Shown piece by piece: positions 9,952 to 19,689 of a stretch of DNA of 64,000 nucleotides; the first letter of the stretch is position 1; the number at the start of each line of letters is the position of its first letter. The stretch is from an uncultured bacterium (GTDB taxonomy: Bacteria > Electryoneota > AABM5-125-24 > Hatepunaeales > Hatepunaeaceae). The notes below the pieces were generated by a model that saw nothing but the letters and a program-made list of their open reading frames with translations, was not told where the DNA came from and did no database searches. A program made the translations under genes and the position numbers. The stretch covers positions 32-64,031 of the forward strand of contig CAYLYZ010000017.1 in NCBI GenBank assembly GCA_964387885.1. The letters are read 5' to 3'.

Positions 9952-11482
9952 TACCCGGAAGTCTCACCTGACAAGGCTGAATCTTCTCCCCGAGGACGAG
10001 TTCAATAATAATCTGGCAAAGAACGTTCACCCACCGGATTATAAAAATCCCACACCAAAATCCGTCTATGATGCCGTTGTTATCGGTGGCGGAACCACCG
10101 GTTTAGTAACTGCTGCTGGTGTTGCAGGTCTTGGCGGTCGGGTAGCACTTATTGAACGTCATTTGATGGGTGGGGATTGTCTTAATGTTGGTTGTGTTCC
10201 TTCTAAAGGCGTCATTCGTGCAGCACGTGCCGCTTATGCTATTAGGGAAGCTGAGGAATTCGGGATCAGGATTGATGGTGCCCCAATAGTTGATTTTGGT
10301 CTTGCTATGGAACGAATGCGACGATTACGCAGTGGTATCAGCGACAATGATTCGGTAAACAGATTCTCCGACTTAGGTGTTGATGTTTTTATTGGAAACG
10401 GTGAATTTATTTCAAGTGACAGGATTAGCGTTTCAGGAACGGAGCTCAAATTCAAAAAAGCAGTAATCGCTTCCGGATCGAAACCATTTGTACCTCCGAT
10501 TGAAGGTATCAATGATGTCAATATTCTCACTAATGAAACGATTTTCAATCTGACTGAATTGCCACAACGATTAATCGTTGTCGGTGGAGGACCGATTGGA
10601 ATTGAGATGGCGCAGAGTTTTGCTCGATTTGGTTCAAAGGTCACTATTATTGAAATGGGAACCCAAATTCTGGGACGAAGTGACCGACAGGCAGCCAAAG
10701 TCCTGAGAGAGCAACTTCATAAAGAAGGTCTGGATATTAAGCTTGAAACCAAATTGATGAGATTTTCAGCGAAAAACGGCAGTAGCGTCGCTCATCTCGA
10801 GACCAAATCCGGAGCAGTCCAGGTTGAAGCGGATACTGTTCTAATGTCAGTCGGAAGAAAACCAAACATATCCGGAATGGGACTTGACAAAGCGGGAGTA
10901 GAATCCGATCCGGATAAGGGCGTGATTATTGACGATTTTTTCCGTACAACAAATCCGAAAGTATATGCTGCCGGTGATGTTGCCTCTCCATATCAGTTCA
11001 CGCATGCAGCAGATGCAATGGCACGCGCAGTGATAGTTAATGCATTCTATTTTGGTCGCAGCAGACATTCCAGGTTGATTATCCCATGGAGCACCTATAC
11101 TTCACCTGAAATTGCCGGGGTTGGACTTACATTAGTGGAGGCTAAAAAGCGACACGATAAAGTCAACCAGATTGAGATCCCATTCAGTGATGTAGACAGA
11201 GCAATTTTGGATGGTGAAACAAACGGTTTTATGAAGGTGGTTTATGGAAAAAAGGGGGAAATACTGGGAGCTACGATCGTTTCTAAACATGCCGGAAACA
11301 TGATTGGTGAGGTCGTAATGGCGATGCAGCATAACATTACCCTGGGGCAGATTTCAGCAATAATTCACCCTTATCCGACGCAGGGAGAAGCGCTTAAGAA
11401 AGCAGGAGATGCCTATAAGAGAACTTTACTCAATCCTCGAACAGCAGGTATCTTAAAATGGGTTTTGAGGCGCGGTAAATGA
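9944..11482 (+). CDS. FAD-dependent pyridine nucleotide-disulfide oxidoreductase (mercuric reductase/LpdA-like)
   Basis: GGDCLNVGCVPSK redox disulfide, GGGPIG NAD site, AAGD, HPYPT; ATG at 9944 overlaps the upstream gene end. Confidence 0.88.
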   Translation: MSDTRKSHLTRLNLLPEDEFNNNLAKNVHPPDYKNPTPKSVYDAVVIGGGTTGLVTAAGVAGLGGRVALIERHLMGGDCLNVGCVPSKGVIRAARAAYAIREAEEFGIRIDGAPIVDFGLAMERMRRLRSGISDNDSVNRFSDLGVDVFIGNGEFISSDRISVSGTELKFKKAVIASGSKPFVPPIEGINDVNILTNETIFNLTELPQRLIVVGGGPIGIEMAQSFARFGSKVTIIEMGTQILGRSDRQAAKVLREQLHKEGLDIKLETKLMRFSAKNGSSVAHLETKSGAVQVEADTVLMSVGRKPNISGMGLDKAGVESDPDKGVIIDDFFRTTNPKVYAAGDVASPYQFTHAADAMARAVIVNAFYFGRSRHSRLIIPWSTYTSPEIAGVGLTLVEAKKRHDKVNQIEIPFSDVDRAILDGETNGFMKVVYGKKGEILGATIVSKHAGNMIGEVVMAMQHNITLGQISAIIHPYPTQGEALKKAGDAYKRTLLNPRTAGILKWVLRRGK

Positions 11483-12144
11483 ATATCTCGGTAATAATAC
11501 CCTGTTTGAATGAAGAACCGATACTGGAAGAAACCTTAGCGGCTGTTCGAAATCAGGATGCAGTTTCTGACATAGTGGTTGCAGATGGTGGCAGTACGGA
11601 TCAATCAATGATGATAGCAGTTCGAAATGGAGCTCGATTAACGGTTGGGGAATCCGGTCGTGGTATTCAGCTAAATGCAGGATGGAGAGCCTCGGATGGT
11701 GATATTCTCTGGTTTCTGCATGCAGATTCGAAACCGGATAGAATGGCAAGTCAGAAGATTTTAGATGCGTTCAGGAATTCGGAAACTTCAATAACTGCGT
11801 TCAGACTCAAGTTCAGGCCTTTAAGACCGAGTATGGAACTTGTCTCACTTGGCGCGAATTTCAGGTCATACTTTTCAAAGCTGCCTTACGGTGATCAGGG
11901 ATTAGCTGTCAGGCGCGGTGATCTTGAAAAACTCGGAGGATTCCCGAATTGGCAGTATCTCGAGGATGTCTGGTTGGTTGAACAGATGCGTCGTCTTGGA
12001 AGAATAAAGATACTATCAGGATCAGTCTCAACGTCTCCTCGCAGATATGTCAGAAATGGCATTTGGAAAACAGTAAAACAACATAGCAAAATAATGAAAT
12101 ACTGGAAACGATATCATGAACCAATGCCGGGAGGAAGGGAATGA
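11479..12144 (+). CDS. TIGR04283-like family 2 glycosyltransferase (arsenosugar cluster)
   Basis: ISVIIPCLNE, DGGSTD, GRGIQLNAG, FLHADS, YGDQG, TSPRRY motifs and context. Confidence 0.85.
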   Translation: MNISVIIPCLNEEPILEETLAAVRNQDAVSDIVVADGGSTDQSMMIAVRNGARLTVGESGRGIQLNAGWRASDGDILWFLHADSKPDRMASQKILDAFRNSETSITAFRLKFRPLRPSMELVSLGANFRSYFSKLPYGDQGLAVRRGDLEKLGGFPNWQYLEDVWLVEQMRRLGRIKILSGSVSTSPRRYVRNGIWKTVKQHSKIMKYWKRYHEPMPGGRE

Positions 12145-12878
12145 AAATTACATTACTAACGGTATTCAGCTTAATCCTTTTTCTTCAGGATACAGGTTTT
12201 ACGTTTGATCACAATTACACTCAACTTGATAATCTGCTGCAAACCAGGGTTATCAATGGTTTGGTGGATTATAAATCGATTAAGGAAAATCCGACTGTCC
12301 TGACGGAATTTCTGAAATCAGTTAGGGAGATTACCGAGTTAGAATTTAATTCATGGAATAAAGACCAGCAGCTCAGTATGCTAATTAACCTTTATAATGC
12401 AGCGACGATTAATTTGATAATAGACAACTATCCTGTGAAATCGATAAAGAGAATAGGTGGCATATTTAAGGGTCCCTGGAAACAGAAGCTCGTGGGATTG
12501 TTTGACGAAAATATCACTCTTAACCATCTCGAGCATGAGATTATTCGAAAAAAGTTTTCCGAACCGAGGATACATTTTGCTTTGGTTTGTGCAGCCATGG
12601 GATGTCCAATTTTACGGTCCCAGGCTTATGTTCCCGCTAATTTAGATATTCAGCTCAGTGACCAGGCGAAGGTCTTTATCAAGGATACTCCCCTGAAAAA
12701 TCGATATGAAGCTACAAATAAGACTCTGTACCTGTCTCCAATTTTTAAATGGTATAAGGTTGATTTTGAAAGAGAAGCAGGTAGCCTGGTCAATTACCTC
12801 CAGCTCTATTATCCTGAGATTGATAATGAGGTGAAAATCCGGTATACTGATTACGATTGGTCATTAAATTCCCAATAA
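12141..12878 (+). CDS. DUF547 domain secreted protein
   Basis: INLYNA, LNHLEHEIIR, EPRIHFALVCAAMGCP, LSPIFKWY, YDWSLN. Confidence 0.9.
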   Translation: MKITLLTVFSLILFLQDTGFTFDHNYTQLDNLLQTRVINGLVDYKSIKENPTVLTEFLKSVREITELEFNSWNKDQQLSMLINLYNAATINLIIDNYPVKSIKRIGGIFKGPWKQKLVGLFDENITLNHLEHEIIRKKFSEPRIHFALVCAAMGCPILRSQAYVPANLDIQLSDQAKVFIKDTPLKNRYEATNKTLYLSPIFKWYKVDFEREAGSLVNYLQLYYPEIDNEVKIRYTDYDWSLNSQ

Positions 12879-12895
12879 TTGAGTAACATAATTAT

Positions 12896-13525
12896 ATGAA
12901 AGAGAATAAATCTGATAAGCAGGACTGCCTGATAGTATTTGCCCGTCCACCAGAACCTGGAAAAGTCAAAACTCGAATATCCGCTGAAGTTGGTGAAGAG
13001 AAAGCGCTTTATGTATATCAGAAGTTATTTAACAATACCATTAACTCAATGGAAGACCTTAACAAATCCATAAATAAGGTGCTTGCCTGGACAAAAATCC
13101 CAGCCAATCTTACAGATTTTCCGGATTGGGAACACTGGCTGCAACCATCATTGGATTTGGGTAACCGAATGGCATGGGCAATAAATAATTCAATTGTTTT
13201 TGGATTTGATAGATCAGTAGTTATCGGAACTGACCTACCTGCGATCAACGCTGAAATAATAGAAAGAGCCTTTGAGACCTTAAAAGGTGTCGAAGTGGTT
13301 TTGGGACCAGCAAGTGATGGTGGATATTATCTCGTCGGAACAAAGCGAAATATACCAGCTCTTTTCCCGGAGCTCGAATGGGGGTGTACAGATGTATTTC
13401 GTGGAACGATTGAATCCCTGCAAAAAGCTAATGTACCATACCGGTTACTTGAGACTCATTCCGATGTTGATTACTGGGATGATTGGATGAAATGGTCTGA
13501 TAAATTAAATACTCTACGGGAGTAA
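12896..13525 (+). CDS. TIGR04282/DUF2064 CofC-like glycosyltransferase
   Basis: PGKVKTR, DLGNRM, IGTDLP, LGPASDGGYYLVG, DVD motifs. Confidence 0.88.
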   Translation: MKENKSDKQDCLIVFARPPEPGKVKTRISAEVGEEKALYVYQKLFNNTINSMEDLNKSINKVLAWTKIPANLTDFPDWEHWLQPSLDLGNRMAWAINNSIVFGFDRSVVIGTDLPAINAEIIERAFETLKGVEVVLGPASDGGYYLVGTKRNIPALFPELEWGCTDVFRGTIESLQKANVPYRLLETHSDVDYWDDWMKWSDKLNTLRE

Positions 13526-13527
13526 GA

Positions 13528-13860
13528 ATGGAAACCTATTACAAACCTGAAGATTTGCCGAAATTTGGAACAATTGCAGAAGGCAATCCTGAGCTCTGGA
13601 AGAAATTCCTCGATTGGTACGGTGCTGTATTCGAAGAGGGTGTTTTAACAACAAGAGAAAAGAATCTGATTGCACTGGCAGTTGCTCACGCAGTTCAATG
13701 TCCCTATTGTATTGATGCATATACACAGGAGGGATTGCAGTCCGGATGCAGCGAAGAGGAAATGACTGAAGCAGTACATGTCGCAGGTGCAATTCGAGGC
13801 GGTGCATCATTGGTTCACGGTGTGCAGATGAAGAATGTCATTGATAAACTGTCTATGTGA
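13528..13860 (+). CDS. AhpD/CMD-family peroxidase-related protein of the arsS cluster
   Basis: REKNLIALAVAHAVQCPYCIDAY; GGASLVHGVQM. Confidence 0.88.
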   Translation: METYYKPEDLPKFGTIAEGNPELWKKFLDWYGAVFEEGVLTTREKNLIALAVAHAVQCPYCIDAYTQEGLQSGCSEEEMTEAVHVAGAIRGGASLVHGVQMKNVIDKLSM

Positions 13861-13873
13861 TCTTTCCGGAATA

Positions 13874-14902
13874 ATGATGTTAAATAATAATACAAAAGCA
13901 GTTGATCAGATCAAACAATTAGACAATCTGGAAAGTAAAGGTGGTTTTCAGGAGTTTAACGAAAAATTACAGGAAATTGATTTATTTCCCCTCATAGCCG
14001 AGGGAATTTCAGTATTGCAGATAAATGTAGGCTTCAGGTGTAATCAGGCTTGCAGACATTGCCATGTAAATGCAGGACCAAATAGATCTGAGCAAATGAC
14101 TAAAGGGACTTTTAAACAATGTCTCCGAGTTTTAGAAGATGGAAAAATCCCCACAGTTGACATCACAGGTGGTGCACCCGAGCTCAATCCATATTTCAGG
14201 TGGTTTGTGCATGAAGTTAGAAAATTGGGTATTGGTGTAATCGATCGGTGTAATCTGACAATAGTACACGAATCCGGGCAAGAAGGCCTGATAGATTTTC
14301 TTGTAGAAAACGAAGTTTCAGTAGTGGCATCTTTGCCAGCTATATCAGCGCCTCAGACAGATTCTCAGCGCGGAAAAAATTCATTTGAAAAGTCGATTAG
14401 CGCATTAAAACTATTTAATCAAGTGGGATATGGGATCGAGAACTCCGGATTGGAAATAAACCTTGTTACAAATCCCCTCGGTGCATTTCTACCCGGATCG
14501 CAGGATTCACTCGAAATGTATTGGAGACGAGTTTTACACGATAAATACAATGTGAAATTCAACCATCTATACACCATTACCAATATGCCCGTGGGAAGAT
14601 TTCTTGAATGGCTAAAATCCAGAAATCTGCTCGAAAATTATATGAAAAAACTAACCGATTCCTTTAATCCAGCTGCGGCAAATTCCGTTATGTGCAAGTC
14701 CACTCTTTCGGTTGACTGGCTTGGATATATGTACGATTGCGATTTTAATCAAATGTTAGGACTTCGGATTAATCATGGAGTGCCGGTTCACATCAGTGAT
14801 TTTGATAGTGAGAAACTGACACAAAGAGAAATCGTCACCAAACTCCATTGTTTTGGATGTACAGCTGGAAAGGGATCGTCATGCGGTGGGGGGGTTGTTT
14901 GA
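13874..14902 (+). CDS. arsS: Arsenosugar biosynthesis radical SAM protein ArsS (Cys form)
   Basis: CNQACRHCHV cluster motif, DITGGAPELN, DRCNLT, TITNMP, DCDFNQML, HCFGCTAGKGSSCGG. Confidence 0.88.
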   Translation: MMLNNNTKAVDQIKQLDNLESKGGFQEFNEKLQEIDLFPLIAEGISVLQINVGFRCNQACRHCHVNAGPNRSEQMTKGTFKQCLRVLEDGKIPTVDITGGAPELNPYFRWFVHEVRKLGIGVIDRCNLTIVHESGQEGLIDFLVENEVSVVASLPAISAPQTDSQRGKNSFEKSISALKLFNQVGYGIENSGLEINLVTNPLGAFLPGSQDSLEMYWRRVLHDKYNVKFNHLYTITNMPVGRFLEWLKSRNLLENYMKKLTDSFNPAAANSVMCKSTLSVDWLGYMYDCDFNQMLGLRINHGVPVHISDFDSEKLTQREIVTKLHCFGCTAGKGSSCGGGVV

Positions 14903-14927
14903 TTTTATCTGGATTAAACTCAACAAC

Positions 14928-14997
14928 CTAGGGCGGGATCTCATCCCGCCGAACAATCTTCAAGCCAAACAACTGTCGGGTTAAGAATCCGACCTAC
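14928..14997. repeat. Family A REPIN
   Basis: CTAGGGCGGGATCTCATCCCGCC ... GTCGGGTTAAGAATCCGACCTAC. Confidence 0.8.
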
Positions 14998-15009
14998 AAA
15001 ACAGACAAT

Positions 15010-15708
15010 CTACTCAACAATATCATTTCGATTAAATAGAAACTCCGACATCCTCACTGTAACAAGATTCACCAGAACCAGCACAAAACCTGAAAGCAGC
15101 AGTACGTTTGATTCGGTATGAAGCTGAATTATGCTTCGAGTTGTTTTTTGAAAAAATTGGATTATTCCAGATTGGTCTGGATCGGTTAAATTGCTTAAAG
15201 GGAGAACGAGACTGACCAGAATGGAACCAGCAATTGCAACAAAAATGATTAAGAAAGTGGTGGTAGCTTTCTTTGTTCCAAACCTCGAACAGAAAGGGAA
15301 AAACAGGAACATTACCGCGGTAGGAATCCACAATGAAAGCAGTAGTACTTTTACCTGCATTATCTCCGGTAGTTGATATGTGTACCAGTTGAAGAAGTAA
15401 ACCTTCTGCAGGATACTCAAAAATGTGAAAAAGAGTATAGTCAGGCTGAAAGCCCAGCTTGTGAGATAACTCCCTCGAATGAAGCCCCTCCGTTCAATAG
15501 GAAGACTGCATGACAAAGTTCTCCCAGAGTACTTCCCCTCCGTGAACAAGAAGTAGAATGGTACTATTGATGCACACGTGATACCGTAGAATGCCATCAA
15601 CTTAAGGTCTATGTCGAATCTTGTATAGAACATCAATATCAAATATACAAGAAACCACAACACAACATTTTTGTGTGTCTGCAAGTCTTTTTTGAAGATT
15701 TTGAACAT
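15010..15708 (-). CDS. ABC-2 type permease, paralogue 4
   Basis: 6 TM segments; IFKKDL, SCSLPIER, SEFLFNRN. Confidence 0.8.
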   Translation of the reverse strand: MFKIFKKDLQTHKNVVLWFLVYLILMFYTRFDIDLKLMAFYGITCASIVPFYFLFTEGKYSGRTLSCSLPIERRGFIRGSYLTSWAFSLTILFFTFLSILQKVYFFNWYTYQLPEIMQVKVLLLSLWIPTAVMFLFFPFCSRFGTKKATTTFLIIFVAIAGSILVSLVLPLSNLTDPDQSGIIQFFQKTTRSIIQLHTESNVLLLSGFVLVLVNLVTVRMSEFLFNRNDIVE

Positions 15709-15736
15709 TTGTCACTTTGTTTAACTTGACAGAATC

Positions 15737-15807
15737 GTAGGGCGGAATCTTATTCCGCCGAACATATATTAAGCGAATTGATTTGTCGGAATGAGATTCC
15801 GACCTAC
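15737..15807. repeat. Family A REPIN
   Basis: GTAGGGCGGAATCTTATTCCGCC ... GTCGGAATGAGATTCCGACCTAC. Confidence 0.85.
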
Positions 15808-15825
15808 GTAACAAATACGAAACAA

Positions 15826-16509
15826 CTAAGTAACAAGATTATTCCGACTGAACAGAAACTCAGAGAGTTTCAGAATCAGGAAATTTACTACAATCAGCAA
15901 AACAAAGGATATCCACAGTTCCGTTGGAGACGCTTGATACTCGAAAATGAAATTACTTACTCTCTCGAGGAAGTCTTCTCCATACTCTGCACCACGTGTT
16001 GGATTATCCGGATTAATTATTTCCGGCAGAATTAACAGGAATAGCAAGACCGTAAATGTTATTCCCGCGACATTTCCATTGAATCTCGAGTAAATTGGGA
16101 AATATATCAGTTTAATTAGTGTCAAAAACCATAACAGATCTAAAATGACTTTTACATCTATTATTTCAACAAACGATATTGTAGGTTCTACACCACTTTG
16201 TGTCCTCATATATACAAATACCAGGATTGAAAGAAATCCAGCAAGGCTGAATGTCCATCCTGACAGATAACTTTCATAAACAAAGGTTTTCCGTCGAATC
16301 GGTAAACTGCAGATCATCGTTCGACCTTTGAATTTTTCTTCCCATCCCCAGATAATCAGAGGAAGTATTGAAGACCAGGCTATTACAGGGAGTATAAATT
16401 CTTTCAATTTAGATTCAGAGTCGACTAACAATAAAATGGAAAAGAATGAGATAAAAAGAACCGGAAGAAACCATTTTACTAACCAGTCTTTTCTGATAAT
16501 GTTAAACAT
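15826..16509 (-). CDS. ABC-2 type permease, paralogue 3
   Basis: IIRKDW, ICSLPIRR, SEFLFSRN. Confidence 0.8.
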   Translation of the reverse strand: MFNIIRKDWLVKWFLPVLFISFFSILLLVDSESKLKEFILPVIAWSSILPLIIWGWEEKFKGRTMICSLPIRRKTFVYESYLSGWTFSLAGFLSILVFVYMRTQSGVEPTISFVEIIDVKVILDLLWFLTLIKLIYFPIYSRFNGNVAGITFTVLLFLLILPEIINPDNPTRGAEYGEDFLERVSNFIFEYQASPTELWISFVLLIVVNFLILKLSEFLFSRNNLVT

Positions 16510-16524
16510 CTTGTCTCTCGTTAA

Positions 16525-16594
16525 GTAGGTCGGATTCTTAATCCGACAATTTCGTCATATTGGGAAAGTCCGGCGGAATAAGATTCCGCCCTAC
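16525..16594. repeat. Family A REPIN (opposite orientation)
   Basis: GTAGGTCGGATTCTTAATCCGAC ... GGCGGAATAAGATTCCGCCCTAC. Confidence 0.85.
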
Positions 16595-16636
16595 GTTATT
16601 CTCATAAGCGTGTTGACAAACGCCTTTTTCTACCAA

Positions 16637-17335
16637 TCAGCTAACGTTATCATTTCTCATAAACAGAAACTCTGAGAATTTCAGGGTGAACACATTTACG
16701 AGAATCAATAAAATAATCGAAATAAGAATCTCTATCGAAGTATCATGATAGTTCATGACCACACTGTCAAGAGTCCTCAGTAACGATCTTCTTGTCCCGG
16801 AACCAGCACCGGCAAATTTAGGTGAATGAAGGATTGCATTTCCCATAATTGTGCTGAATCCTAAAAATGCCACACTTAAGAATGCAATTAGAGCTGTCAT
16901 AACGTTGTACCGCGCATAAATTGTGTAAAACAACAGCATTATTATCGTCGGCAGCCATAGAGCGATTGTAACCACTTTAAGCTGCAAAACGTCGCCAAGT
17001 TGACCTGAATAACCGTCCAGAGTATTAGAAATGAATATGGCACTGAGGAATGTCAAAGCCAGCATAACTAATATTAAAGACCAGCACGCTATAAAACTTC
17101 CTCGAATGTATGTTATACGGTCAATAGGTAAACTGCAATCCAGCATACGCTGCGGAAACCTTCTATCCTGCATCCAGAAAGCTATTGGCTCGAATCCCAC
17201 CATCAGGGTACTCAGGACAACGATGTACTTCAGGCTTGTGTTACCAGGCAAGCGAGGAACCAGAATAAGCCAACCGATAAAAAGAAGCAAAAATTTAAGG
17301 TTTACTGCCCAGTTCTTTCTGATAATGTTTATCAT
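16637..17335 (-). CDS. ABC-2 type permease, paralogue 2
   Basis: Start moved to MINIIRKNW to match the paralogues and the RBS; DCSLPIDR, SEFLFMRN. Confidence 0.8.
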   Translation of the reverse strand: MINIIRKNWAVNLKFLLLFIGWLILVPRLPGNTSLKYIVVLSTLMVGFEPIAFWMQDRRFPQRMLDCSLPIDRITYIRGSFIACWSLILVMLALTFLSAIFISNTLDGYSGQLGDVLQLKVVTIALWLPTIIMLLFYTIYARYNVMTALIAFLSVAFLGFSTIMGNAILHSPKFAGAGSGTRRSLLRTLDSVVMNYHDTSIEILISIILLILVNVFTLKFSEFLFMRNDNVS

Positions 17336-17355
17336 TTTTCTCTCATAAACTAATC

Positions 17356-17429
17356 GTTGGTCGAATTCATAATCCGACAAAATAAAACCGATCTTTAGAA
17401 TTGTTTGGCGGAATAAGATTCCGCCCTAC
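17356..17429. repeat. Family A REPIN
   Basis: GTTGGTCGAATTCATAATCCGAC ... GGCGGAATAAGATTCCGCCCTAC. Confidence 0.8.
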
Positions 17430-17430
17430 T

Positions 17431-18129
17431 TTAATTCGCAATTTCATTTCTTGCGAACAGAAACTCTGAAAACTTCACCGTCCAAATGTTCACCAGAACC
17501 AAAAGCACAATGGAAATTACAAGACCAATCCCTGTGCCATGATGGGAAAAAATAAACATTACACTTGATTTCAGGAAGGCAATTAAAAACGGATCTTCGC
17601 AACAGGCTAAAGTATCCTCAGTCGCGATCTGGTTCACAATAATCGAGCAGATTCCGGTAAGAAAGACAATCAGGAACGTAATCATCGCAAACCCGGCATT
17701 CTTCCATGAGTAAAGCGTGAAGAACAAAAGGAACATTCCCGTGGGAATCCATAATGAAAGTATGAGCACTTTTAACTCTAATATCTCGCGAAGATGAGCA
17801 GATTCAGCCGGAAAAATGAGGCTCTTCACCAGAATCAGGAGAATAGCAATTAAAAACATCGAAAAGCTGAATGTCCAACTTGACAGAAAACTCCCCTGCA
17901 CAAAAGTATTGCGATCAACCGGCAGGCTGCACGTCAATACTCGCCCCCGACATTTCAATTCCTTTACCCAGATTAGCAAAGGTAGAATTCCGGAACAAAT
18001 CAGACCGAGCACAGCCAGACTCCTGATGTTCATATCCGAACCGAGAAATGAGATAAGAAACAGATATACAGCAATCCCGATTATAATATGCCAGCTTGTC
18101 TGCCAGTCTTTTTTAATTATAGTTAACAT
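17431..18129 (-). CDS. ABC-2 type permease, paralogue 1
   Basis: IIKKDW, TCSLPVDR, SEFLFARN. Confidence 0.8.
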   Translation of the reverse strand: MLTIIKKDWQTSWHIIIGIAVYLFLISFLGSDMNIRSLAVLGLICSGILPLLIWVKELKCRGRVLTCSLPVDRNTFVQGSFLSSWTFSFSMFLIAILLILVKSLIFPAESAHLREILELKVLILSLWIPTGMFLLFFTLYSWKNAGFAMITFLIVFLTGICSIIVNQIATEDTLACCEDPFLIAFLKSSVMFIFSHHGTGIGLVISIVLLVLVNIWTVKFSEFLFARNEIAN

Positions 18130-18302
18130 CTTGTTTCTCTTAAACTATTGGTAGTGTCCGACATCCACGCCTGACACTGATACCGCTGTTTAACCGTAAG
18201 GCGAGAACACTCCTGACTCTCATACGAGCAGGTAGAAACACTCGCTTGCCGGTTGTATTTGATTTTGCTATAATAAAATTCTTGTGCGAGTTACTAATAG
18301 AG

Positions 18303-19169
18303 TTAAACATTTTGCCTCCCATTGTGCATAAGGAACATGATATCTTCAAGCGTCGTACCGACAATAGTCTCTTCTCCGACGAGAACTTCGCTGGAGGCCT
18401 TCTTATTAGTAGTCAGAATTTCACAGCCAAACTCATTTTTCCGGTGCCCCAGGTAGATGTCTCCGGTGAATTCAGACAGACGCTCTTCGGAGGTTTTTAC
18501 AATTCCCCATTCTTCGATCAACTCCTGCTTGGTAGTGGTAATCGCAATTTTACCGTCTCGGATGTAGGTTATGTAATCTGCGATTCTGTCCAGGTCGGAT
18601 GTGATATGAGTTGAGAACAGTATCGACTTCTGCTCATTCTGGATTAGTTCCAGCAGTATCCCGAGCAGTTCGCGCCTGAAAACAGGATCAATGCCTGAAG
18701 TTGGCTCGTCCATTAATATGAGGTCGGCATTGTGAGAAAGCGCCATTACCAGCGAAAACTTCATCTTCATCCCCTGTGACAGCTTTCCGAAACGTCGGTT
18801 GAGCGGTAGTTCAAAACGCTTCATCAGTTCCTGAAACCGGTCTTCATCCCAGGTATCATAGAACGGGGCTATAACTTTCCGGATTTTTCCGAGTTTCAAT
18901 CCCGGGAAAAATGGTGGCGTATCATAGACGAAACCAATTCGTGATTTTACATAGGCTTCGTGTTCCTGATGATCCCGGTCGAATATCGAGATGTTCCCGC
19001 TGTCTTTCAGGAGCAGGTTCATGATTAGTTTTATAATGGTAGTCTTCCCCGCTCCGTTAGGCCCGATCAGTCCCATTATGTACCCGTATGGGAGTTTGAA
19101 GGAAACATCCTTCAGGCTGAAGTTCTTAAAACTCTTGTTCAGTGATTGAATTTCTAAAATGTTCTGCAT
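18303..19169 (-). CDS. ABC transporter ATP-binding protein (YtrB-like)
   Basis: GPNGAGKTT, LSQGMKMK, LILMDEPTSG, STH. Confidence 0.93.
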   Translation of the reverse strand: MQNILEIQSLNKSFKNFSLKDVSFKLPYGYIMGLIGPNGAGKTTIIKLIMNLLLKDSGNISIFDRDHQEHEAYVKSRIGFVYDTPPFFPGLKLGKIRKVIAPFYDTWDEDRFQELMKRFELPLNRRFGKLSQGMKMKFSLVMALSHNADLILMDEPTSGIDPVFRRELLGILLELIQNEQKSILFSTHITSDLDRIADYITYIRDGKIAITTTKQELIEEWGIVKTSEERLSEFTGDIYLGHRKNEFGCEILTTNKKASSEVLVGEETIVGTTLEDIMFLMHNGRQNV

Positions 19170-19543
19170 TATTCTTCCTCAAAAAGGTCTTCTAACATTG
19201 CCTTTAGTTCTTTTTTGGTAATGCCGAGCACTTTTGCTTCGGCGATAACTTCGTTTAATTTATCCTCAATCATCTTCATCCTCTTCTCATGTAAAAAATC
19301 TTCATCCAGAGCAGCAACAAAACTGCCCTTGCCAGTAACTGCGTTAACATAACCCTCCTTTTCGAGCTCTTCATAAACCCGACGTGTCGTGATAACGCTT
19401 ATTTTAAGTTCCTTCGCCAGCACCCTGATCGACGGCAGCGCATCCCCGGATTTCAATTCACCGGAGAATATCTGCTTCTTTATCTGCCTGACAACCTGCT
19501 CGTAAATCGGATAAGGCGAAGAGTTTGAAACGAAAATCTTCAT
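19169..19543 (-). CDS. GntR family regulator, YtrA subfamily
   Basis: PIYEQV, LPSIRVLAKELKISVITTRRVYEEL, GKGSFV; 124 aa; directly precedes an ABC ATPase. Confidence 0.92.
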   Translation of the reverse strand: MKIFVSNSSPYPIYEQVVRQIKKQIFSGELKSGDALPSIRVLAKELKISVITTRRVYEELEKEGYVNAVTGKGSFVAALDEDFLHEKRMKMIEDKLNEVIAEAKVLGITKKELKAMLEDLFEEE

Positions 19544-19689
19544 CTAAAGGTTCTCACACCTTTTAGGAGATACCCGGATCTTCGCGAGAAACGCAGTGAC
19601 GAAGCGATCTCAGAATGCGCATGTGACTCAAGAGATTGCTTCGCTTCGCTCGCAAAGACGGTAAGAACTGCTGTAAATCTATCAACCAT
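19540..19689 (-). CDS. Possible 49-aa repeat-derived leader ORF coupled to the GntR gene
   Basis: GAGGTG RBS 6 nt before ATG 19689; its TGA overlaps the gntR ATG (ATGA). Confidence 0.35.
   Translation of the reverse strand: MVDRFTAVLTVFASEAKQSLESHAHSEIASSLRFSRRSGYLLKGVRTFR
19579..19659. repeat. Palindromic repeat, GCGA..AAGCAATCT family
   Basis: TCTTCGCGAG..GACGAAGCGATCTC ... GAGATTGCTTCGCTTCGCTCGCAAAGAC. Confidence 0.7.

Noticed and set aside
9944-11482. True mercuric reductase MerA
   Set aside because: No C-terminal Cys-Cys pair, no N-terminal HMA domain and no mer genes; the context is the arsS cluster.
13874-14902. Selenoprotein ArsS
   Set aside because: The GSS-x-GG codon is TGC (Cys), and the terminal TGA follows the normal family end.
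14928-18129. Integron cassette array with attC sites
   Set aside because: The spacers are GTAG REPINs in mixed orientation that also occur elsewhere; no consistent RYYYAAC/GTTRRRY boxes and no integrase.
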